Shown here in pieces: positions 35,956 to 49,390 of a DNA stretch of 64,000 nt. The notes below the pieces were generated by a model, which had not been told where the DNA came from, ran no database searches, and was given only the letters and a program-made list of their open reading frames with translations. The position numbers and the translations under genes were made by a program. Location of the stretch: the NCBI GenBank assembly GCA_020891255.1, contig BQFW01000002.1:496001-560000 (forward strand), given 5' to 3'. This DNA comes from Entomortierella parvispora E1425 (taxonomy: Eukaryota; Fungi; Mortierellomycota). How positions within the stretch are numbered: position 1 is the first letter of the stretch; each line of letters begins with the position of its first letter.

Positions 35956-38361
35956 TTATTTTGCCTTGAACAGCTTGCTTCCGTTCTTGCTCAGTGTGCT
36001 GGCTCTGGACACGGACATGAGTTCCTCGACCTCCTTTTGCTCAGCCTCGATCATGACCCGATACTGCTCCAATTCCGCCACCATGGCTGCCTTCTTCGCG
36101 TTCAGTTGCTCCTCGCGTTCTCGCAAGGCTACCTCCTTCTCCTGAACCTTTTGGATAAACTGCTGTCGGATATCCTCCTCTCTGCGTTCCATTTCCAGCT
36201 TGTGCGATTGTTTTGTACCTTCAATCTGGCTCTCATAGCTATCATCGCACTCCAAGATTGAAACGGGTCGTCCAACGGACCGAAGGGCATCGGCTCGATG
36301 CTTGTGGTAGTGAACTCCGTGGGTACTGTCTACCAAGTCATGAAGGCATGTCGACATCAAGAGCTCTCGCAAGTACACAAAGTCCGAGTGTTCCGTGTTT
36401 TCAACTATGTTGCAATTCAGCAAAGACTCCTTCAATCGTTAGAACAATTGGGACCACAAATACCGGTGAAAAGCAGGCATGATTCTCAGTGATTTTCAGT
36501 CAAAATGACTACTGCAGGCTTGCATTCATACCTTCGACCCTTCCCCAGCGATACGTTCGGCAGCGAACCTGTCGGTTGCCGACCAAGGCCAAGCTGTCGC
36601 TTCCGATTACACAAAAAGGAACGTGTTGCTAACATCAAGTAGAGTAGATCCCCATGGGTTAATTCCATGGCGCACATGTGTAGATCGCAATATACGCGTG
36701 CGACTTTTTTTCCACCTACCAGAAGTTCATCCGCCCCGTCAATTTGATCTGGGTAATCGGTGGGAAAGGTTTTGATCTGATGTTCCTCAAAGTCGCGCAA
36801 CAGAGTACGCTTGAACGACAGTTTTTCTTCGGCAGTCAACGAGTCGGCCTTTGCGATCAAAGGAATGACGTTCACCTTTTGGGATAAGGTCTTCAATGCG
36901 TTGGCATCCAGCTCTTTCAAGCTAGAGCGAATTAGGGACAAAATAGATGAGCCAAGATGGGAAAATAAACGATATCGGCAGCTGAGCCTCGAGCAAAAGG
37001 CCTCCTTCTTTTTAGCCTGAGGTAGACAATGTCCCGAAACATAATTCTTTTCATCCTGAAGAGCATATTTCCCTTCTACCATCCAAAGGTTCTTACCCGT
37101 GTCCAGTGGGTGCAATGAAATAAAGGACGGCGTGCACACGAGTATCGGGAATCACTTTGCGGAATCCTGGGTGGCGTTCTGCAGTCATATATTCCTGATA
37201 TTGCTGGTCAATGTATTCGATAATAGGAGTCAGGCTTCCAGAGATGAACCGAGTCCAAGTCAAGAACAAAAGGGGTGGCAAAAGGCAATTAGGACAAGAT
37301 ATTGAACAGAGAGATTAATGACAGTGCTCTCAATCCGCGCGCACGCTCAGTCCTTTTTTTTTTTTTCTCAAATCCAAGACAGACGAGCTCTTTCGTTGTC
37401 TTTCAAGCCCTCTTGGTGTGTTGTAGACTTGTAGAGCAAGTCTAGTATCTTCCCGTTGGTAAGGGTAATGGTAACTTACTTGTGCTCTCTGTTCATGCCA
37501 TCAGCAAAGCCTGGAGTGTCGACGACGCAAAGATTCAGAGTAACGCCATCCTCCACAAGTTCTAAAATCAAAAGACAATAGTCGTTTGCCAGATTGAAAC
37601 GTACAGAAATGTTGCATTAGAAGTAAATTCAGGAACAGAGTCATGTCCTGACGATTGAGGGTCGCACCATAGTAGGAAGGCTCGATGTTGACAGTCTCGG
37701 TTGAATGCAGCTTCCTTGGCAAGATATCCTCCTTCAAATCCGTGTTGAAAAGCGTGTTCATGAAGGTTGTCTTTCCAAGACCGCTTTCACCTAGAGGGGC
37801 AAGAAGGTTTGTCGCAAGACCGCATCTTGATTGAATTAGCACCTTGGTCGAGTATTAAAAAAACGTTCTGTATCCACTTTTAGGCCTATTGAGGCGTCAT
37901 ACCAACGACCATGAGGTTTAGACCAAAGACTGCCCGCTTGACCTTGGCAAAACGCTGACCAGGCAGAGATTCAAGGCCGAGAGGTGCGGTGAGATCCAGG
38001 GGCCGTGCTACAGGGTGTTTCCAGGGTCCTGGATCAGGGAACTGACCGCTATTGTTGCCATGAACAAAAACAAAGAAAAGAAAAAAAACAAGAGGGAAAG
38101 GAAGGAGGAACTCAGGTAGTGTCAGGAGAGTATCTTTTGTGCTCCAGCTGGCGTTGGTGAAACAACATTGAAAAAAGTCCGTTACTTGTGTTGGTGAGCA
38201 AACTCCTGCGGAATGAAGACAGAGAAGGATTCAAGACGGGAGACAACACAGAATGAGAAAGCCACTGATACATTAGTGTTTATAGGTGGCAAGACGCAAG
38301 TCGTAATCGGCATTGTCATTTGAATGCATTGCTGTCATGAACAAACTCGTACAAGAGGCAT
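35956..38361 (-). CDS. Septin, Cdc3/SEPT7-like with C-terminal coiled coil; 5' exons tentative
   Basis: NLMVVG|ESGLGKTTFMNTLF (G1), DTPGFAD (G3), RVHAVLYFIAPTG, VNVIPLIAKAD (G4), coiled-coil EMERREEDIRQQFIQKVQEKE. Confidence 0.85.
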
Positions 38362-38625
38362 TGTTGGAGTGATTTAGCGAGAAAGAGCGAGGCAGTTGAG
38401 AAGGTGATTAAGGTAGGAATATGAACGCAGGGAATGGATGGCGAAGAGGAGAGAGGGAATGAGATCAGCAGTAACGAGAGAGGGAGAAGAAGAGGAAAAC
38501 AGGAAGCAGGGAAAGAGAGGGGGGAGTAGGGACGATGGGACGAGTGGCAGGGAGGAGTGAAGAAAGAAAAGGAAGTAAAAGTAGGACGGAACAGCGATAG
38601 AGAAGGCCATTTGGCTGGAGAGAGA

Positions 38626-38626
<1 letters not shown>

Positions 38627-38664
<38 letters not shown>
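38627..38664. repeat. (AC)19 microsatellite in the septin/ANT1 divergent intergenic region
   Basis: Read directly; preceded by a short GA run. Confidence 0.95.
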
Positions 38665-38665
<1 letters not shown>

Positions 38666-39328
38666 AACCAACGGACAACAAACGGAGCAGTAAGAGCAAT
38701 TCAAGCAACAAGTCTAAGCAGGACCAACCTGGCCCCGTCAGCCCTCATCCGTGCAGTTGTGTGCATAGTAATTGCTCCAAGGGTCACCGAAAGAGAAGCT
38801 GAAGGGGGGAGAGTCGAGGGATCCAAGAGGGACTCTTGGCTTCAGGAGGTGAGAAGACGCGACAGACTCGCGCGCGTGATGACAGAGGGAGGACAGATTG
38901 GCCCCGGTTGGTGGCAATTCGTATTCGAGAATAATATTAAGTATCAATGATATTTTATCCAGGGTATTTTATTCGAACAGGCGAGTCTCTCTCGATCGAT
39001 TGCAGAGCAGAGACAGACAGGGACAGAGAGCACAACCCTTCACGCTCCCCGCTTCTTCGCCTCTTCCGCCCTTCACATGCTCGGGCTGCACAAGGACAGC
39101 TGGGGCCACAAACAAAAAAGTTACTTTAGACCGCTCGTGTCGCCACGGACTGATCCCTTCGCTCCATTCATTCCCCTCTCTCGTCAGCCGTCCATTGATT
39201 CTCTCTCTCGCATCGGTTCTTTTTTTCTTCTTCTCTCCTCTCCTCTCTTCTCTACTTCCCGCCCTCTTTTCCTCTTTCGCAATCCAATCTTCCTCTCCGC
39301 TTCTACTCCTCCCGTCCGCACATCTTTC

Positions 39329-40657
39329 ATGGTCTACGAACTTCCTCCCATTGGCCATGCGCTTAGCGGTGGAGTCGCTGCTGCATTGGCCAACTTGGTC
39401 ATCTATCCCCTCGACATGGCCACGACCCGCGTGCAGTCTCAGTCCACTTCCTCCACTTCAGGCTCGGCTTCCTCAAAGTCACTGATCACCCCCGGAAGCA
39501 ACTCACAGGACCAGCAGCAACAGCTTCCAATCGAGTTTAAGCGACCTGGATTGCCCGCCACTTCCTCGTCCTCCTCTTCGTCCTCGGCCACTACCTCCTC
39601 GGTTTCTGCCGATGGTAAGAAAAAAATCACAAAGACCATCGTCACCACAACCACCACCACCAGAACTTTGGCATCCTCTTCCACGTCGGCTTCGGCTCGG
39701 CGTAAGGTTCATTATACCTCGGTCCCGGATGCGATCCGACAGATTTACTTCTCAGAGGGCTTCTCGGCTCTGTACTCTGGCCTCGGATCGGACACGGTTG
39801 CAACCTTGACCTCCAACTTTGTTTACTTTTACGTCTACATGGCTCTGCGTCAGCGAAAGGAGCATCGTCGCAAGTCTGGTCAACTTTCCACTTTCCAGGA
39901 ATTGTTTTTGGGAGCCGAGGCTGGAATTATTTCTAGATTCTTTACGGCGCCCATCCACGTTGTGACAACTCGGCAGCAGGTCATGGGCAAGGATTTGTTG
40001 CAGCAGAAACAAAAACAGCAATTAGCTGGCAACGGAGGCGCCAAGGACATTAAGGCCAAGGTATCGGCCCGCTCCATCATCCGTGAGATCTATGCTCAGG
40101 ATGGTATTACTGGATTCTGGGCTGGATACGCACCGACTGTCATTCTTTCGATCAACCCCTCGATTACCTACTTTTTGTTTGAAACCATCAAGAAGTCGAT
40201 TGTTGCCCGACAGACTCAGGCCTTGGCTAGATCGAACAGCAACCCGTCAAAGTCCTTGCTGGCGGCTGCGGCTTCCCTGACATCGATCCAGATCTTCTTT
40301 ATCAGTGCCTTCTCGAAGGCCATTGCCTCCTTCCTGACCTATCCACTTATTCTCACAAAAACAAAGTTGCAGACCAAGGAAAGGCAGGAACAGAATCAAG
40401 GCAACAATAACATTGACGGTGAAGGGAAGGCAGGCGAACAGACCCAGGAGAAGGGCTTCAATGGCATCTCGGATGTGTTCAAGACCGTGATCCGTGATAA
40501 GGGTATTTCTGGGCTGTACACTGGATGCCAGGGTCAGGTCGTCAAGGGCTTCTTCTCGTTTGGTCTCATGTATATGATCAAGGATCGGGTTGTGGCATGG
40601 ATGCTTACCGTCTTCTTGGCTATCCATAACATGAGGAACCGTGTCACCTCTTCCTAG
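39329..40657 (+). CDS. ANT1: Mitochondrial-carrier-family protein, peroxisomal adenine nucleotide transporter-like; intronless
   Basis: PxD/H carrier signatures IYPLDMATTR, TAPIHVVTTRQQ, TYPLILTKTKLQ; GHALSG start; SINPSITY typical of the ANT1/PMP34 branch. Confidence 0.8.
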   Translation: MVYELPPIGHALSGGVAAALANLVIYPLDMATTRVQSQSTSSTSGSASSKSLITPGSNSQDQQQQLPIEFKRPGLPATSSSSSSSSATTSSVSADGKKKITKTIVTTTTTTRTLASSSTSASARRKVHYTSVPDAIRQIYFSEGFSALYSGLGSDTVATLTSNFVYFYVYMALRQRKEHRRKSGQLSTFQELFLGAEAGIISRFFTAPIHVVTTRQQVMGKDLLQQKQKQQLAGNGGAKDIKAKVSARSIIREIYAQDGITGFWAGYAPTVILSINPSITYFLFETIKKSIVARQTQALARSNSNPSKSLLAAAASLTSIQIFFISAFSKAIASFLTYPLILTKTKLQTKERQEQNQGNNNIDGEGKAGEQTQEKGFNGISDVFKTVIRDKGISGLYTGCQGQVVKGFFSFGLMYMIKDRVVAWMLTVFLAIHNMRNRVTSS

Positions 40658-41729
40658 TAAGACAGTGCTCCTTTTTTAGAAAAACAATTAGTACTGGGAC
40701 TCTAGAGGGTAATAGACGTAACGGGCATGAGTGCAGCGCAATGAAGAGAACACATGCAAACGAGTGGCTTGCAATGACACATGGGGAAAGAGACATTTCA
40801 ATTTTGACCATTCAATTTGTAAGGAGGCGCCATTGCTCGGAAGGAATAGGAATGCCAGAATAAAGGGAGACCAGAAAGGGGGGAACCAGGAACTAAGAGA
40901 AGAAAGGGAGCGTGGCAATAAGAGACTGAGAAGGTACGATTGGAAAACGAGGACGAAGGACGAAAGTACAGAGGACAATGAACTCGTGGAAGAGAGGAAG
41001 GCAAGAAGAGAGGACGGACTTGCATGAATTTCAATTGCTCTTGTAACCAACGTTTTGCAGCTGAGAATGAAAAAGCGCACCACCACAATGACGAAGCGCG
41101 TTTGCACGAACGCGTTGACCAACCATCAAAGGGCCAAACCAAGCCAACAACAACAAGAAGTTCATTTCTTCTCACGGTGGAACGACAAGCGATACCACTT
41201 TTGCTATTCAAAGAATGAGTGGGGAACTCTCTCTTGCGCATCCTCTTGGCCCCACGTAATTTTTTGTGGGGAAACCGTGCACCTGTTTGAACAAGAAGGA
41301 AAGGGGGGCAGGAGTGAAAGGGCATCGTGACTACGGTCGGCCAATTGGCTGGCCAAGCTTCTTCGTCTCTTTTTGCTCCTGCAATAAAGCAATGATGATC
41401 ACGGGTGATTTTTTCCAAGAACGCCTATTATTATCACCCGGGCAGCTTCCAAGCAATGCATGGGGCTCGAGAACGTTCATTTCGGTTGCTCCTCTCCTTG
41501 GGTGAGTTCACGGAGGCTCGCGGGTGTCATTGGCGCCCTTGTGCTGGCAATAGCAGTAGTCTCGCTAATGGTCATCATTGTTCGTGGTCATCACACCAGT
41601 CCTGGACCAGTCATGTCCAGTCCAGTCCAGCCCAGTGCACTTGCGGATTGTGCAGCACGCACCGCTCGAAATTCTCGAAGGGACGTGATGTAGTTGCGCC
41701 TTTTTTGTCCTTACTGCCCTCTCGACAGG

Positions 41730-41736
41730 TATAAAA
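41730..41736 (+). promoter_or_regulatory. TATA box candidate of the Urg1-like gene
   Basis: TATAAAA followed by a pyrimidine-rich leader about 260 bp before the ATG. Confidence 0.4.
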
Positions 41737-41991
41737 GGCACACCTTCGGCCACTTTTTGCTGTTTTCCTCTCCTCTTCTTCTTCTTCTTCTTCTTTTTTC
41801 CCTTTCCCTTTCCCTTTTCCCTTTCTCCCTTTTGCGACCAGCCCACTCCCATCCCTCCCGTCAAGGATCCATATCACTACAAGCTCCAACCCAAAGCCCA
41901 AGTCAAGCACCCATCAAGCGAACTCCGCCCAAGCAAGACCGCTCTCCGCGAAAGCACATCGACGTCCCAAGCCCCAAACCCCTCGTACAAG

Positions 41992-43135
41992 ATGTCCGAA
42001 GCCGTTCTCTCCCAGATTCTCGTTACCCTCGCCGATCTCAAGGCCTCACAGCAGTTGCTCGCTGACAAGGTATGGATATTGCCACATCCACGCCTACACC
42101 AAGATACCAACAGAGGGGAAACCATGCCCGAAAAAACCAGACCTTTGGATACTCTTTTTTTTTCATTTTGTCACAACATACTGATCTGCAGTCTTCTTTT
42201 ATCCAGGTCGACAAGATCCAGAATGACTCTGTTTTGGCCCAGACGGAGCATCACCTCCGCCAGAAGGTTGCCCACTATCATAACAGCCCTGGTACGTGAA
42301 TCAAAAGGGGCAGAGAACCCGACTCGGAGAAGAACGAGTGCTGGTGATTATTGTTTTCCACTCATCATCAAAAAAAAAAGCTAGTTTGGACATGATAGTG
42401 TGGTACTCATCACGCTGCGGATAAGATCTTCTCTCCTTGGCCAGAGGCATTCATTCTTTTCGTGTTTGTTGTGGAACCCTGTCATTTTTTTCAACTGTTC
42501 TCCCTGATTGTTCTTTGTGTGCCCCATCCAATCATCGGGGCTTTGCGTTCCTGTGATTTACACAGCATAAAATACCGTCATGCTGACGCATGCGGACAGG
42601 GATCGCTGCTTTTGTTGTGGTTTTGGAACAGACATGTGGTTGTTGTTTGGCTGTGGCATCATTGACGGCTTTTCGTCTTTTGTTGTTGTTGCTGCTGAGA
42701 TTGTTTCTAACCAATATCGCTGTGTTCCTCCTGTTTTCCACAGGCCACTCCGACTCTGATGGAGACACAATCGTCTCTCCCACGTTCGCGACTGAGCCCG
42801 CGGAGCACATCGGTGTCTACACCGAGAAGCCTGTTCTCACCAGTAAGTTGTTCACTCTTGTGTTTGTATTGTTGGTCCGACTCGATGGAGCAGCAAGGAT
42901 CATGCAGTATATTCAAGGAGTGCTTACAATTCAACCTTCGTTTTCCTGTTTGCAGCGTATCCTGATGACGAAGGTGTCAAGCCTTCCAAGATGAACTGGG
43001 GCGAGTCTGATCCCAAGGCGCGTGGTCCCATTGTTGTTTCTCGCCTCGCCAATTCTATTAGCATCCGGTAAGACTCTTTCCTCTTTGATCCTAGAGCCAA
43101 AAGCACCACGTTCGAGAACAAAGAGACTGATATCC

Positions 43136-43167
<32 letters not shown>

Positions 43168-44870
43168 TATAGTAACGCCATCGGTGCGTATGGTGGTTCT
43201 TACTCGATCTATCGTTCGTTGGCCGTGGCCATGGGTGATTTGCCTGCAGATGTAAGTATAGTTCATCACTGGGTTTTGTTCCAAAATGACCTCGCTTGGT
43301 CACTGTACTTGTCTGCCGCAGATGTACATCCTAAAACCATTACTCACCGACGACCATCTGCTTGACCTTTAGCACAAGCCCAACTTTGAAAACACCCAGC
43401 CCCCCATCAAGATCCGACAGCAGCCCCAGTGGTCCGATAGCTCCAAGATTGTGTCCATGGACCCCTTTGGACATTTGACCAATGAGTACTACAAGCAGGA
43501 GATTAAGGATGGTTTGGATGTTAGACCAACCATTGCTATCACACGCGCCCACATGCTCGTTCCAGAGTTGGTGGCTGAGGTCAAGGCAGGAACACTCAAG
43601 GTGGATGGAAAAGTTGTGGTGAACGAAGCTGCAGAGTTGAACGTCCACAAAGCTGCCATTGACCCTGTCTGGCACCTCCCTGGAGTGGCTGCTCGACTCA
43701 ATGTCGACGAGGACTTCTTACGTCGCTCATTGTTGTAAGTGTTGTTGGTTCCATTTGGACACCATCTAGGCCCTTTCAGCTTCATGGTTACTCACGTTAG
43801 TTCTATTGTCGCTGCTTTTCTATCTAGCGAGAACACTGGAGGCATGTATCCCGAGTTGATCAGCCGGCCAGACCTTAAAATTTTCTTGCCTCCGATCGGT
43901 GGTTTGACAGTGTACATCTTTGGAAACCACGAGCTCCTCTCGGACCCTAACACCCGCCTGACAGTCCGTGTGCACGACGAGTGCAATGGTTCTGATGTTT
44001 TCGGATCGGACATTTGCACTTGCCGCCCTTACCTCGTCTTCGGCATGAAGGAAGCGATCAAGGAAGCGCAGAACGGTGGTGTCGGCATGATCGTTTACTG
44101 TAAGTGAAGGAGCTCAAGCGTCACACGATTTCATTTTGAGCACTACATGGCGACGATCATTAACAGTAATTTTTCTTTGTTGATTTTCTAGTCCGCAAGG
44201 AAGGTCGTGCCTTGGGTGAGGTCACAAAGTACCTCGTCTACAACGCCCGCAAGCGTGAGGGTGACACCGCTGCCAAGTACTTTACTCGAACGGAGAACAT
44301 TGCTGGTGTCAAGGTACTGTCTGACTCTCTGTAGCTCGCAAATTTGATTTGAAAAACGCTCTTTGCAACTTACCTGCTGTTACTTTTTCATCCTTCCTAG
44401 GACATGCGATTCCAAGCTTTGATGCCTGACGTGTTCCACTGGTTGGGAGTTACAAAGATTGATCGATTCATGTCTATGTCCAACATGGTTCGTCTACGTG
44501 TCATTTACGCCTTCCCTTTCATTGAGAACCGAATTGTTTTCTAATAATCGACTTCTTGAAATTGACCTTGATAGAAACATGACGCTCTTATCGACGCTGG
44601 TATCAAGGTATGCTGATTTCAAGCCCTCATTTGCCTTGCTGCTCGTTTCTTTGTCAATGCTAACTACTTTTTTTTTTTTTTTTTTTTTTTTCGTGCGGTC
44701 TTTTGTAGATTCTGGAACGTGTCGAGTTGCCAGACGAGTTGATCCCCGTGGATTCCAAGGTTGAGATGGATGCCAAGATTGCTGCCGGTTACTTCACAAA
44801 CGGTCATATCCCATGTGCGTCCGAGTTGAACAAAACTGTTGGACGTGGCTGGGAAGAGTTCCATGCTTAA
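41992..44870 (+). CDS. urg1: Urg1-type GTP cyclohydrolase II homolog with N-terminal extension; about 11 exons
   Basis: NAIGAYGGSYSIYRSLA, VRVHDECNGSDVFGSDICTCRPYL, RKEGRALGEVTKYLVYNARKR, DMRFQALMPD, KIAAGYFT. Confidence 0.88.
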
Positions 44871-45223
44871 GATCGCTTCAAGATTGAACGATGGCACATT
44901 CTGGATGCGAGAAGGCACAACCTAGACAACTTTCTTAGTGTACAATACCACGTCTTTTTTTCCCCTCTTTCCAGTGTTGCACGGAGTAGCGTGCTCTTTC
45001 AGATACCGAAGAAGGATGTCGCGATATACCGAATACATTATGTTTTTCCTTTGAGTACTGAGCAGGCTGCTCCTGTCTCTGGAACATGTCCGTGCGATCA
45101 TGGGGTGATCCGTCACGTGATTCAGACAGCCCGACCTTTTTTTTTTTTTTTTTTTTTTCCTCAAAAATCCGTGCCCATCTCCCATCTCCTTTCAGAAAAA
45201 CCCATACCATTCCAAAACGCAAC

Positions 45224-46222
45224 ATGGCTTCCCGCATTGCTGCTGCCGCCAAGGGCATTCGCTTCGCCTCCCACTCCACCTCCAACGCTGCCAACCCCTG
45301 GTTGGCTGAGCGCATCGCTGTCAAGGAGCACGCCGGTCGTAAGTATTTTTTTTCTTTTTTTCTTTGTTTTAATGTGCTGTCTAAATCGTCTGGCTTTCAC
45401 AAGTTCGCCATGGAAGAAGAGCCTGATTTTGACGCGAGCATAGGGAGCATGGCCTCTGGAGCATGTGAATTACTACAATGAAGACAGTTCGAAGGTCGCT
45501 TGAAGGCCATTTGAGACGGACAGAGAGAAATCACGTTTAGACTTTGTCGGACTTGAGGCAACATGAAAAGCTGGACAAATGAATCAACAAAACGCCATGC
45601 AGAAGTGCACCTAGTTGAAAACGAAGAGACAACCATAGGTAGAGAATGAAGAAGTAAGAGGCGGGAAAGAAGGTCTCTAATGCCGACTCTTCCGGCTACT
45701 CGGTTTCTCCACAAATAACGCGCAAGCCAGAGAGGGATTTCCGGGGCTCTGACAGGCAGCGGAGTGGGAACGCGTGGACAGTGGAAACCCATCGGGAAAG
45801 GCCGCCAACGCGGTGTGCACGCGCAAGAACTAGAGAAATGGCCCTTTAACCTGACATCTTTTTTCATTTATTTCCTTTTTCTTTACTCGACATTAGCCGC
45901 TGCCGAGACCTGGCGCAAGATCTCGCTCTTTGTCTGCATTCCCGCCATCGTTGCTGCTTCTGCCAACGCTTACAACCTCTATGCCAGGCATCAGGCCCAT
46001 TTGGCCCACGAGCGTCATGAGGGTCATGAGAGGGTCAAGTACCCCTACATGCGCCTTCGTGCCAAGGTAAGAAAACAAAGTGCCCTTAAGAGAGGTGTTT
46101 CTATTCTTTCTGAGATGAAGTGGGGAGAGGACAGTGAGTCTAATTGCTCTTTGTGTCTCTCATTGTAGGCTTTCCCCTGGGGCGACGACTCCCTTTTCTT
46201 CAACCCCGATGTCAACTTTTAA
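45224..46222 (+). CDS. COX13: Cytochrome c oxidase subunit 6A; 3 exons
   Basis: MASRIAAAAKGIRFASH...KEHAG|PAAETWRKISLFVCIP...YPYMRLRAK|AFPWGDDSLFFNPDVNF. Confidence 0.93.
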
Positions 46223-48120
46223 AAGCGATGGGTCTTTGACGATTACCTGCAGGATGACGACGAAAAATTATTGGGGTACACTGGGACTGAAATCTGCCAG
46301 TTTTGGCTCCAGTTGTGCTCCTTCTGTGTTTTGAAAAGAAGATTGTCCCAAGTCGAAGCGAGAGACATGGAGTTGTAGGAGTGATAGACATGGTCTTGGG
46401 ATGCTTTTTGTGAATAAAAAAAAGTAAAGGCTAACTCTTTACCAAAAAAAGAAAGGCTGGGTGATGCAAGAGAGCGGCCTTGAGTCCTGGATCTTGTGGA
46501 AGTCTATAGAGACCATCAAAGGCCCGCTCCCACGCAAAACCAAAGAGAGATGCAACTTGTCGGCAAAAGGCGAATTGGGTGAAGACAAGGAATTTTGGGC
46601 GAGTAAAGGGAGAAATGAAGGACTGCTGCAGCGAATGAGGTCCTATTTTGATCATCGAACGTTTGCCCATTTTTTTTGTTGCTGTTGAAGCAGTTGTTGC
46701 CTGTCTTTTCTTCTCTCGACGTAACACTTGAGGCAACACCAAGATGAGGTTTTTTTATCACCGTGCGCCATTTGGAACAATAAGGGCTCACAAGTCTCCA
46801 TTGTTTGAGAGAGAACATTGACCTTCCTCTTTTGTACTTTGTGAACAAAAGACGGTACTTTTCTGAAGTCGGTGAAGCAATTGGCATTGCTCGAAAAGAA
46901 CCTTCAAAATGCATGAATCCTCTAGTATGAGTGATACAGTCATGGAAGAGGAAGATTACTGAAGGGGGTGGAGGAACATATGGGAGCTTGGTGAGAATCC
47001 AGGGCTGGAGGGAGAAAAAAGTAGAGTAGTTTCTGTTGTTGAAAGACAAGACCACAGCAACTACCAGGGGAACTTTCGCCTTGCGACCACCTAATCAAGC
47101 GGCACGACAGGAAGAACTCTCTTTTGTTTTCTTGTGTGAGGAGAGGCGCCGTAGAGTGTAGGGAAAGGGACTCTTGTTTGCTTATTTGTTTTTTTTTGAT
47201 ACAGTCAAAGACGACGATCCTTAGAATTGATCATCCCTCGAGGCTTTTGCCCAATGAGGGGTGTGTCTGTTTGCTGTTTCACGGACCAAGTTGTCATGTC
47301 GCTGTGTCATCCCACTCAACACACCCTCCTTTTCGCAGGCAAACGAGAGGGGAGAAATAGAGATAGAGAGCGGGCGAGCGGCCAGCAACGAACCCGCAAC
47401 AAGAGGAGCAAAGCGAGCACAGGAGCTGGGATGGTCACAAAAACGCCATTGAGGCCAAGTCGAAGAGAAAGAGGAAAAAAAGAGATGGGCAAGCAAGATT
47501 GGCGCTGAATCAGGGCACACCGGCTCTGTTTCGCGTCGTTCGTTCCACCGAGGAAGAAGGTCGCTCCCTCTCCTCAGGCGCCTGTTCTTCGCTGCATTCA
47601 TTCTCCTCTTCCTTCATCCATTCACTCATTCATTCATCTTCCTTCACCTTCATTCAACGTTGCCCATTTCGCTCATTCTCTCGACTCATCCAGATCCTCT
47701 TCTCTCGTAAGTGGTCCTCTCCTCTGTCGACCTTTGTCTCAAGACAAACTTTATTGCTTCTGCAGCACATGCGCGTTCTTTGGCGCAAATGATGATCCAT
47801 TGACCCGCCCCTCCCTCGGTCTCTTTCCTTGTTTCCAACGGCAACATCAACCAATCAGTCATTTGTTCCTTCCTTCCTTCATATTGCGTCCTTTCGTCCT
47901 TCCATGACCTCTTTTTTGAATTGGTTCATTACTCTCTGCACCTGTCTGGTTGCCTTTTGTTTTGCAATATATTCTTTCCATGTGGTTTTCATCTGCTGCC
48001 TGCATGCTGAACCTCGAGGCTGATGCTTGAAATGGACTCTGGCCAGCGAATCCTTCGTTGGCTATCATTCAGGAGCGCGACGCACATTTCCTAAACGCGC
48101 TTTTTCTGATCTGCTTCCCA

Positions 48121-48193
48121 CTGCCACCTTTCTCCCCATTTCCCACCGCCACCTCTCTCCCCATTTCCCACCGCCACCTCTCTCCCCATTTCC
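48121..48193. repeat. 25-bp minisatellite, about 2.9 copies (CCGCCACCTCTCTCCCCATTTCCCA)
   Basis: Units start at 48121, 48146 and 48171. Confidence 0.9.
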
Positions 48194-48492
48194 TCGGGCT
48201 TGCCTTATGCTCCGGGTACATCTTGTCCCTTTACAAACGGATGATTATTGTCTCTGATCATTCACTTGTTTTTCTACAAAGACTTTGGTCGGGACCTTTC
48301 TTGCTTTTGTTGGCTATTTCCTAATCAATCACATTCTCGGAGACAAAAGCAAAAAAACAAACTAACCGCTGGCCGGGATCCCGATCTTTCTTCTCCCTCT
48401 TCCTTCTCATGTCCCTTTCAGTATCCTCAGATTTGCCACCTGATCGACCCTTTGAAGTGACATACATCAAGGCAATCGTGAAAGAAACCACC

Positions 48493-49351
48493 ATGTCTGA
48501 TCTCTCTGAGCAACAGCAGGCTCTGTTACAGAACAATGTACACCTTCAGCAGCAACTCTACTTTCAGCAAGAACATCAACTTCAGCAATCAACTTCATCT
48601 CCATCCACTCCTCTTGAACATATCAACAGCACCAGCCAAGATGATCAGGGCGGAGGGAGACATAGTATACCACCTGTGACTTACATGGCGAATATGATTG
48701 CGAGTCATTTGATGCGTTCAGGCGCCAGTATGTTTGGAAGAAGATCGGATGCTAATTGCATCCTTCTAGTGGGCACGCGGCGATACTATGTTCATGTGCA
48801 GATGCTGGCGGTAAGCGAGTGCTTTGATCTTTGGGTACCTTCTTGTATCGTTTAAATGCGTCTTGTTCAATGTACTTCCTTATTTGGGTTCACTTTTGCA
48901 CTCTTTTTCTTTTGGAGGAGAGAGAAGAGTGGGAGAAGACCTGTACAAAGAGAATTGTCGCATGCATCGCTATTGTTACCGACATGCAGGATGATGGAAG
49001 TGGGGTCCCAGCACCTGGGATGGCAACGGGCGACTATTTTGATTTGTTGTCTGTGTGTGGGTGTGTGGTGTGTGCCGTGTAACCATCGGCCCATTTCTTC
49101 TATTGTTTCCAAGGCATCTGAGCGTTTGTAAGGAAGGAAAGGAAGGGCTACAGAAAGTATGCTGATTGATATACCATACGCGTCAAAAGGAGGGCTTCAT
49201 TGTCAATTGTTTGCGAGGGCACAAAAAGATGGAGTGGTGTGAACGATGGCCCTTCCTATCTCCTGACTGTTTAAGATAGAACCACCCTCCCTCTTTACCT
49301 GGTGGAATGATAAAGAAGCGAAGTCGGACAAGATGGGCAGATAAAGCTCCT

Positions 49352-49390
<39 letters not shown>

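Noticed and set aside
42295-42740. Long intron of the Urg1-like gene as a riboswitch or snoRNA host
   Set aside because: No TPP aptamer core and no properly paired C/D or H/ACA boxes.
46516-47055. 179-aa minus-strand ORF between COX13 and the BTB gene
   Set aside because: No ATG-led recognisable domain or splice support; composition fits intergenic DNA.
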